Source: a virus. Taken from it: DNA of 64,000 bases. Positions 56,619 through 64,000 of the stretch are shown piece after piece (the first letter of the stretch is position 1; every line of letters begins with the position of its first letter). The stretch lies in the IMG/VR virus record IMGVR_UViG_3300045988_052641, positions 1 to 64,000 of that record, one strand, 5' to 3'. The position numbers and the translations under genes are program-made. The notes below the pieces were generated by a model that was given only the letters and a program-made list of their open reading frames with translations, did not search any database and had not been told where the DNA came from.

Positions 56619-58820
56619 ATGAGTGCACAGAACAGGAGTGATGAGTACTTAATGGAGCATATTGATAAGGCAGTATCAGAATTAGTATTTCCTAAGTACA
56701 AATTACAGAAAGCATATAATTATTATAATGGATATAGAGATGCCGAACAATATAGGTATCTAGAAGAGAATTTCGGAATAGGCAATCCTACTTCTATAGA
56801 ATTCACTCCTCTTATCAGGAAGCATGTTGATGCTTTACTTGGAGAATACCTAGGTACTCCATTACTGCCTAAAGTGTCATGCAAGGATAAAGAAACTATA
56901 TCTAAGATATCTAGAGATAAGGAATTACAAATTAATAAAGAAGTATATCAATACTTACAACAACATCTTAACAATCAGATACTAGCGTTCTTAGGAGGAC
57001 AAGAAGTAACTGATAAGGCTGTAGAGGCTCAACTTAATAAGTTAGTAGAAGATATCAATAATAGCTTTGTTAGCGAGTATGAAATAGCTGCACAGAATGT
57101 TGTTGAGTATATAATCCAATCTAGAGATATTAACTTACTTACTAAGTTAAAGAACCTGTTACTTGACTTACTAGTAACTGGCATGAGCTTTTACCAGGTT
57201 CATCCTAGTAGGAAGAGAACTAATATAGAAATAGAGGTATTAGACCCACGTAATGTATTCGTTGATAGAAATCCAGAATCTGTATATGTTAGAGATAGCT
57301 ACAGAGTAGTTATTAGACGTTGGTTAACTAAGCAACAAATACTTAATAAATATGGTCCTCAACTAGATACAAGTAGCATCAATGAATTAGAGGAGATGTT
57401 TGAGGGATATTACGATAGTAGTTATATATATGTACGCGCCATGAGCAATCAAGCTACTGGAGCTCCTATTACAGACGGACTCGAGGCGGGTAAAGAAGTA
57501 ATACCCGGATTCCCTACCGACTACTATGAGACTTACAATTATAAGTTAATACCTGTGTTTGAAGTTGAGTGGATTGATGTTGATAAAGAAGGAGAAGATT
57601 ATGTAGAGAATAGATATGAAGGAGTTAAAATCGGAGAATCTATTTACATTCTTACTGGTAAATCTCTTGATGTAGTTAGAACTAAAGATAATCCTACACA
57701 CTGTGGATTGTCAGTTAATGGTTTGTTCTTTGTAAACAGAAGTAACGAACCATATTCACTTGTGCTTGCATGTTCACATCTTCAAGACAAGTACGATTTG
57801 ATTACTTTCTTTAGGGACAATGTAATTGCTAATAGTGGTACTAGTGGAGACTGGATTGACTTTAGTATGCTACCTATGGCTCTTGGTGATGATTTGACTG
57901 AAAGATTGCAGAAATTCATTGCCTATAAGAAGACTGGTGTGGCTCCTATTGATACTTCACAAGAAGGTAGGGCATTTAATAACAATACTTCTTTTGCTGG
58001 ATTCGATGACTTGTTAAAAGCTGATACTATTCAGGCATTTAATATGGCGTTGCAGATGTTAGAAGAGCAGACATCATCTATTACTGGAGTGTTTAGAGAG
58101 AGATTAAATGGAATAGAAACTAGGGATGCTGTTAGTAATGTTAAGGCAGGTATGAGAAACTCTTATATCATTACTAAATCTTACTATCAACAAATGGATA
58201 CTTTGGCAGAGGATATTCTGATTGATTCTCTTAATTGTGCTAAGAAGGTATGGAAACATAAACCACTTACTGGAACTTTAGTGCTAGGTGACAAACTACA
58301 GAAAGTATTTACTGCTCTCCCTGAACATTTTACTTTTACTGACTATGATATTCATGTAATAGCTAGTAGTAGAATTATGGAGGAAATGCAGAACATGCAA
58401 CAGTTAATGATTGAATTCATTAAGAGTGGTCAACTAGACCCAGACATAGCTATGGAGTGCATGACTGCCAGAAGTATGACTGAACTCAAATCTAAATTGT
58501 CTAAAGCATTTCAAAAGAGAAGAGAAGAAACTCAGAACACTGCGCAGATGCAACAACAGAACGAAGAGCTACAGAAGCAACTTCAAAAGGCGGAACAAGA
58601 GAAAGAGCAGCTTAATAATAAGATTGCATCTCTTAATGAAGCTAAGATTGCTATTGAAAGACAAAAGGTTGAATATGACTATGAGATTGGAATTATTAAG
58701 GCTAATGCTGATAGAGATTATAAGCAGAGTACTTCTGACAATGACACCAAAAGAACAGATATTGAGATAGCCCAATTGTACGATGGGAATCAGCAGAATA
58801 ACGAAGTGAAGAACGTATAA
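56619..58820 (+). CDS. putative portal protein
   Basis: 733 aa gene immediately after terL; assignment positional only. Confidence 0.35.
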   Translation: MSAQNRSDEYLMEHIDKAVSELVFPKYKLQKAYNYYNGYRDAEQYRYLEENFGIGNPTSIEFTPLIRKHVDALLGEYLGTPLLPKVSCKDKETISKISRDKELQINKEVYQYLQQHLNNQILAFLGGQEVTDKAVEAQLNKLVEDINNSFVSEYEIAAQNVVEYIIQSRDINLLTKLKNLLLDLLVTGMSFYQVHPSRKRTNIEIEVLDPRNVFVDRNPESVYVRDSYRVVIRRWLTKQQILNKYGPQLDTSSINELEEMFEGYYDSSYIYVRAMSNQATGAPITDGLEAGKEVIPGFPTDYYETYNYKLIPVFEVEWIDVDKEGEDYVENRYEGVKIGESIYILTGKSLDVVRTKDNPTHCGLSVNGLFFVNRSNEPYSLVLACSHLQDKYDLITFFRDNVIANSGTSGDWIDFSMLPMALGDDLTERLQKFIAYKKTGVAPIDTSQEGRAFNNNTSFAGFDDLLKADTIQAFNMALQMLEEQTSSITGVFRERLNGIETRDAVSNVKAGMRNSYIITKSYYQQMDTLAEDILIDSLNCAKKVWKHKPLTGTLVLGDKLQKVFTALPEHFTFTDYDIHVIASSRIMEEMQNMQQLMIEFIKSGQLDPDIAMECMTARSMTELKSKLSKAFQKRREETQNTAQMQQQNEELQKQLQKAEQEKEQLNNKIASLNEAKIAIERQKVEYDYEIGIIKANADRDYKQSTSDNDTKRTDIEIAQLYDGNQQNNEVKNV

Positions 58821-59578
58821 TGGAATTAAAAATTAAAGTTTGCACTAACGATAGCTGTAAGGTAATCATACTTGACGATACTGGTACAGGAGAGAATGGC
58901 TATTTGCCTGAATCTTCTTCAGTTATCGTCAAGAACAGATTCAAGTACTCTGACACTGTATCTATTGATGTCTTACAACATAATAAGGCAGATGGGCCTG
59001 AAATACAACTTCCTATTTACACTTTACATAATGACGGTAATAAGTCAGTAACTATGCCAGTAGGGTTTGATGGGTGGTTTAATGTATATCATATAGTTCT
59101 GCCGACTAAAGATTGGTTTGATAGAGAGATGGATAAAACGGCTGGTTCAGCTGTAACTATGTATGCCACTGTGTACTATTCGGACGGCATCTACATCTAT
59201 AAGTATTTTAATGGCACATCTACGACCGTAACTGTAGATGAGATAGTAGAGAGGAACGTAGAAGATACTACAATTTCTAGGACATATAATAATTACGTGT
59301 CTATTTGTTTTCTTAAGAAATGTTATATATCTTTGTGCCAGCAAATATTTAATAGCAGAGGTTTCAGTAAATGTTGGAGTAAGAATGCTGTAGCAGCCGA
59401 ATTATCCTACAAGAGAGATTTAGTCTGGATGGCTATTAATGTAATCAAATATATGGTTCAATCTAATCAGTTAGCTGAAGCTGAACGAATCATAGAACAA
59501 ATAGGAGGTTGTAATGGCTTGTGTAAATCAGAATACAGCAAATGGCCAGAGCAAGGCTGTGGATGCTCTCAAAGATAA
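58820..59578 (+). CDS. hypothetical structural protein
   Basis: 252 aa ORF in morphogenesis block. Confidence 0.45.
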   Translation: MELKIKVCTNDSCKVIILDDTGTGENGYLPESSSVIVKNRFKYSDTVSIDVLQHNKADGPEIQLPIYTLHNDGNKSVTMPVGFDGWFNVYHIVLPTKDWFDREMDKTAGSAVTMYATVYYSDGIYIYKYFNGTSTTVTVDEIVERNVEDTTISRTYNNYVSICFLKKCYISLCQQIFNSRGFSKCWSKNAVAAELSYKRDLVWMAINVIKYMVQSNQLAEAERIIEQIGGCNGLCKSEYSKWPEQGCGCSQR

Positions 59579-59734
59579 GGTGATTTGTGAATACAAAGAA
59601 CTGCTTAAGTATTTAGAACGGGGGCATAGATATGACTACCAACTAATTCTCGAAGAGATAAGTCTCATCGAATTGCTAGAAGAGAATGAAGTTAATAGGT
59701 CTGAATTTGTAGAACAATTTTATCTTAATAATAA

Positions 59735-61504
59735 ATGGCAGATAACTCTATTTTAACACCAGGTGGTTCTGGAAATGAATGTATCAATCCTGTTAACGAA
59801 CAAATTGATACTTCACAATTTCTGAAAGTAGATTACCGCTTAGGGGAGTTTGAGAGTGAGTCAGATAAACAAATTGCTAGAATTAATCTTGGAGCTGCTG
59901 GCATTAATGATGTCTATGATAAGACTTCAGCAGATTTAAAGACATTAGAGGCAGTTAAGACCTCAATGGATACTCACCTAGCTACTGAAGACCCACATAA
60001 TATAATTCCTACTATAGAAAGTAAACTGGAGGGTTTTGTTAAAGAGGATGGAACCACACCATTCTTAGCACCTCAAACAGGTGTTGACCCGTTGACAGAC
60101 TTTCATTTAACAACCAAGAGATTCGTGACTGCTTTAATGGACAGTCATTTAGCTAAAACAGACCCACATAATATAATTCCTCTTGTAGAGGAAATACTTA
60201 AAGTATATGTAACTACTGACCAGATTTATAGGAAGGTAGAGTTATATACTAGAGAACAAGTTGACGACTTAATCAAGAATTTCGTTAGACGTGACGGAAC
60301 TACTGCATTTTTAAAACCACAGTTAGGAGTTACTCCAGTAGCTGATGGGCATCTATCTACTAAGAAATATGTAGATGATGTAATGTTTAAACATTTAGTT
60401 GATGCAGACCCTCACGGATTTGTAACGTTACTTAATCAGAGACTAAACAACTATTTCAGGAAGACTGAAACTTACTCTAGAGCAGAGACTTATTCAAGAG
60501 CTCAAATTGATGCCATTATTAATCAATTGGTAATTGATGCGGCTAGAGGGGCTATTGAGGAACATATCAATCAATATGACCCTCATGGAACTCTTAAAGA
60601 AATCTATAGTAAGCATTATGTACCTCGTGATGGTTCAGTTCCATTTACTGCCCCACAGAAGGGAGTAGATGCTGTAGAAGATGACGAATTAGTAACTAAG
60701 AGACAACTGGATGCTTCTATTGTAGAAGAGCCTGTTTGGATTACTAGTGGACCAGTTCAGACTACAGTAGGCTTCGTTGAAGATGAAACTGACCCAGGAG
60801 AGAAATTGAATCTTCAAGAGGTTATGGATGCAATCTTCTACGGTAAATCTGTAGATGTTAAAGCTCCTGCGTATGCTTTACTGGGTTCTATAGTAGACGT
60901 TGAACTATTCGTTAGAGGTTCTACTGGAGTGATATCTTATGCTGAATTATGGCAGAACGATGAGCTTATTGGAACATATACTAAGGACGATTTCGAATTA
61001 GGACAGTTGACTGTAAAGAGTTTACCTATTAACGAAGAAACTACTTTTACGTTTAAAGTATTCTATCCTAATGGTACATATCTGGAAGCTAGTTGTACTA
61101 CTAAAGTAGCATATGATATATTTGTAGGAATCTTACCTAAATGGTATGCAGCCTCTAATGTTAATTATGATTACTTACTTCAGCTAGTTCAATCAGACCC
61201 AGAGAACAATAGCATTGACAGTTCTGGTGACTTAGTATCAGAAATCAAACACAAATATAATTTCTCAAGTCCTAAAGAGCTTAAGCAAATATTTGTAGCA
61301 ATGCCTAAGGAATATCCAGACTTAGTTCAAATGACAACGCCTTCTCAACAATTCGGTCTCGAATCATTTGATATCATTAGTGATATTCCATTTGAAATTC
61401 CTGGATTGTCAAATAGTAAAATATATAAGATATATGTATTCAAGGAGTCTCTAGTAACTCTCAACTTGGAGGTAACATTTAAGTTTGACCCAGCTAACAT
61501 TTAA
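59735..61504 (+). CDS. structural protein with 4-5 internal ~40 aa tandem repeats (DGTTxFLxPQxGVxP...HL(S/T)TK...DPHxxxP)
   Basis: repeats visible in translation (TPFLAPQTGVDP, TAFLKPQLGVTP, VPFTAPQKGVDA; DPHNIIP x2, DPHGFV, DPHGTL). Confidence 0.55.
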   Translation: MADNSILTPGGSGNECINPVNEQIDTSQFLKVDYRLGEFESESDKQIARINLGAAGINDVYDKTSADLKTLEAVKTSMDTHLATEDPHNIIPTIESKLEGFVKEDGTTPFLAPQTGVDPLTDFHLTTKRFVTALMDSHLAKTDPHNIIPLVEEILKVYVTTDQIYRKVELYTREQVDDLIKNFVRRDGTTAFLKPQLGVTPVADGHLSTKKYVDDVMFKHLVDADPHGFVTLLNQRLNNYFRKTETYSRAETYSRAQIDAIINQLVIDAARGAIEEHINQYDPHGTLKEIYSKHYVPRDGSVPFTAPQKGVDAVEDDELVTKRQLDASIVEEPVWITSGPVQTTVGFVEDETDPGEKLNLQEVMDAIFYGKSVDVKAPAYALLGSIVDVELFVRGSTGVISYAELWQNDELIGTYTKDDFELGQLTVKSLPINEETTFTFKVFYPNGTYLEASCTTKVAYDIFVGILPKWYAASNVNYDYLLQLVQSDPENNSIDSSGDLVSEIKHKYNFSSPKELKQIFVAMPKEYPDLVQMTTPSQQFGLESFDIISDIPFEIPGLSNSKIYKIYVFKESLVTLNLEVTFKFDPANI

Positions 61505-61509
61505 TAAGT

Positions 61510-62901
61510 ATGAGAGCATATAGTGAAATTATAGCAAGTTTTAGAAGAGGTGGTCCGTTCCCTATAGAAGCTGACTATATCTTCGAAACTGAAGCGAAAC
61601 TGAAAGAATTTTATTCATCTCCTGAAGAGAATGCTATTTTACACAAGGGATTGTTAAAGGTAGTTGAAAATGACGGAGATGGTAATCAAGCACTATATTG
61701 GGTCACTAGAAAGGAGACTAACGATGAGTTAGAGTTTACTAAACTTATTACTTCTAAGAGTGATGAAACTATAGCTGACTTGATAACTAGATTAGAGCAG
61801 GAAATTAAAGATAGAAAGACAGCAGACGATGCTATCTGGGGAAGTGTTGACCATACTAGTGTACCAGAGGACTTAAACAGTCTGAAGGACATTGCAGAGG
61901 AAATTACTAAAATTAGAGAGCATCTAGGTAATCTAGACAGCACTGATGAGGAATTACAGAGTAATATTGACAAGGTGCAAGCCGAACTCGATAAGACACA
62001 AGAAGGAGTAGGTTTGGGAGAAGACGGAGCTTATGTTCCCGATACTGAAACTACTTACCTCAAAGACTCTACATCTGTAATGGATTCTCTGCGCAAGCTA
62101 GACGAATTAGTGAATCATGCTATTCACTTTAACTGGGTTACACTAGAAGATACTCCAAGCATTGAATTAGATATTGATAGACAGATTACTGGAACTACAA
62201 TATCTGGTAATGTTAAGGTATCTACTGATAGTGGTAACGGAATTACCATAAAGAATGACGGTCTATTCTATAAACTAACTACTGAATATTTAGACGGACT
62301 CTTAACTATTAAGGTTAACGATAATGTTATAGGACAACATCAAATTGGTTTGTCAGCTATCGTAGAGGACGCTAAGTATGACCCAGATACGGAAGAGCTA
62401 GTTATAGTATTTAAACTTCTAACTGGTGATAAGCAAGTAGTTAGGATTCCAGTTGGAACTCTTATTAGAGAATGGGAAGTTGATAACTCTATTCCTGATA
62501 AGGTAGTAGAATTGGAGAAAGTGTTATCATTAGGAACTGGCGCTGATAAGCTTTCTGCTGACGTTAGGTTGCATATAGCTAAAGATAACATCTTAGTAAA
62601 GGAAGGAAATGCTCTGTATGTTAAAGGTACTTCCGATAACATTACACATGATTCTAAAGCCTTGGATGTTGTTATTAGTGAATTACAAAGTGATATTGAT
62701 AGCCACCTTAAAGATTTCAACAATCCACATAGAGTCACTCCAGCACAGATTGGAGCCATTTCTTTGCCCGAAGTTGAAATTCTACTAAAGTCTAAAGCAG
62801 ATTTAGTAAGCGGAAAGGTTCCTAAAGAACAACTTCCAGATGATATAGGTGGTGAAGTAACTTGGATTGACGTAGAAGGTGATGAAGAAACAGTATCCTA
62901 A
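61510..62901 (+). CDS. hypothetical structural protein
   Basis: 463 aa ORF. Confidence 0.5.
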   Translation: MRAYSEIIASFRRGGPFPIEADYIFETEAKLKEFYSSPEENAILHKGLLKVVENDGDGNQALYWVTRKETNDELEFTKLITSKSDETIADLITRLEQEIKDRKTADDAIWGSVDHTSVPEDLNSLKDIAEEITKIREHLGNLDSTDEELQSNIDKVQAELDKTQEGVGLGEDGAYVPDTETTYLKDSTSVMDSLRKLDELVNHAIHFNWVTLEDTPSIELDIDRQITGTTISGNVKVSTDSGNGITIKNDGLFYKLTTEYLDGLLTIKVNDNVIGQHQIGLSAIVEDAKYDPDTEELVIVFKLLTGDKQVVRIPVGTLIREWEVDNSIPDKVVELEKVLSLGTGADKLSADVRLHIAKDNILVKEGNALYVKGTSDNITHDSKALDVVISELQSDIDSHLKDFNNPHRVTPAQIGAISLPEVEILLKSKADLVSGKVPKEQLPDDIGGEVTWIDVEGDEETVS

Positions 62902-62914
62902 TAGACCCGCTAAT

Positions 62915-64000
62915 ATGAGCCAGTTGGACTACTTGTGGACAACATATGGCCCATATACGGTGTCGGACTCAATAGACGTTGAAGACTCTATTCCTTCTTC
63001 TAAAGCTATCAAAGATGCTATTGCTACTCAGGTAACTGGTATAGTAGAACTCGATACTCAAGAAGAAGGTAATAAGGTTAGAGTTATAGGTAAAGGAGGA
63101 AGTGGTGAGGAAATATCATCAATCCTTCTTGATAAAGATACTAAGATAGTTTCGTTTGAAAGACATCTTATAACACAAGAGGATATAGATAACGGATTCG
63201 GTAATGCACTGAATGAGGAATGGCTGATACTTACTGCTTCTAATGGAGATAGATTTGAAGTGTCTCTGGAAGACTTTGTAGTTAAAGGACAAATAACTAA
63301 TACTATTATTACCCAGACTAAGAATGGTAATATTGCATCAGAGTTAAAGATTAATAATCCAATTACTAATAGGTCTGTAGATTTATTAGCTTCAAACTTT
63401 GGAGTTAGGGCAGACTTAGTAGTTGATACTGATGCTGATTCTAACATAGTTATTACTAAGGGTGATAAAGGAGTTGTTTGTAAATTTAGTTGGGAAGGTA
63501 CAGAATATCCAGTAAGAATTAAAGCCGTAGATACTTACGATGAGTATTTACTACAGACTTTAGAACCTAATACTATTTACTTCATAAAGGACATTAAGTC
63601 TATTTATCTTAATGGAGTTAAATATGCCTCTGAAGGTGGTGGAGGTTTAGACCCTGACTTGTATTATACTAAATCAGAAACTGATGCTCTTATATCTAAT
63701 ATCGAAAGCGACTTAGACAATAAAGTCAGTCTGGTTGACGGTAATATAGTATTAGAGGAAGGTCAAGGAATTGTGGTTAATCGTAGGGACGGTGTTCAGA
63801 ATTTAATATCGTCTGACAACTCCGGAGGATTTAAGCTCGGTAATGTTAATTCTTATCTGGAGATATATACTAACACAAGACCAGCCGTTGTAGTAGGGGA
63901 AGACACCGATTCACTTGCATTAATGTCAGACTTGACTTCTTATACTTGGAATGAAGTGACTACTGCTAAAGCTACTAGACTCGCTGATTTACCAGAGAGT
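62915..64000 (+). CDS. structural (fiber-like) protein, 5' partial within window
   Basis: ATG at 62915 opens a frame with no stop to the window end (MSQLDYLWTTYGPYTV...); not listed in the ORF track because it is unterminated. Confidence 0.5.
   Translation, partial: MSQLDYLWTTYGPYTVSDSIDVEDSIPSSKAIKDAIATQVTGIVELDTQEEGNKVRVIGKGGSGEEISSILLDKDTKIVSFERHLITQEDIDNGFGNALNEEWLILTASNGDRFEVSLEDFVVKGQITNTIITQTKNGNIASELKINNPITNRSVDLLASNFGVRADLVVDTDADSNIVITKGDKGVVCKFSWEGTEYPVRIKAVDTYDEYLLQTLEPNTIYFIKDIKSIYLNGVKYASEGGGGLDPDLYYTKSETDALISNIESDLDNKVSLVDGNIVLEEGQGIVVNRRDGVQNLISSDNSGGFKLGNVNSYLEIYTNTRPAVVVGEDTDSLALMSDLTSYTWNEVTTAKATRLADLPES

Overview
This window looks like part of a large virulent phage genome, AT-rich and possibly T4-like or jumbo in organisation. 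There are no host chromosome hallmarks and no CRISPR arrays.

Layout:
- 1 to 37000, all on the minus strand: a block of about 45 mostly small hypothetical genes, with at least 30 tRNA genes and one tmRNA interleaved. The identifiable genes are RNase HI, a classic AAA ATPase, a vWA protein, a short adenylosuccinate-synthetase (PurA/PurZ-like) homolog, an SPFH/flotillin plus NfeD pair, and three paralogous genes with a shared C-terminal motif.
- About 37130 to 37600: a divergent control region with four copies of a 14-16 bp motif (GAGTTGGCAATATA) alternating with GC-rich hairpins.
- 37600 to 41400, plus strand: small genes, including a ferredoxin-thioredoxin-reductase-like Cys protein.
- 42047 to 48784, minus strand: a lysis and structural-like block with a holin-like protein and a 1120 aa protein carrying a glucosaminidase domain plus an HExxH motif.
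- 48946 to the window end, plus strand: a morphogenesis block with a PD-(D/E)XK nuclease, a GroES-like co-chaperonin, and a large terminase subunit (terL) whose Walker A codon is interrupted by a group I intron encoding a LAGLIDADG homing endonuclease. These are followed by a putative portal and repeat-containing structural proteins.

The main candidates for something new:
- A phage-encoded tmRNA with tag peptide AEIDYNRMAA.
- An amber-suppressor-like tRNA (anticodon CTA).
- Several structurally aberrant tRNA-like genes.
- A family of covarying stem-loops with a conserved 14 nt loop scattered through the tRNA island.
- The PurZ-like enzyme, which raises a possible diaminopurine (Z-base) DNA hypothesis.

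All calls come from manual reading of the sequence and the supplied ORF track. No database search was possible.
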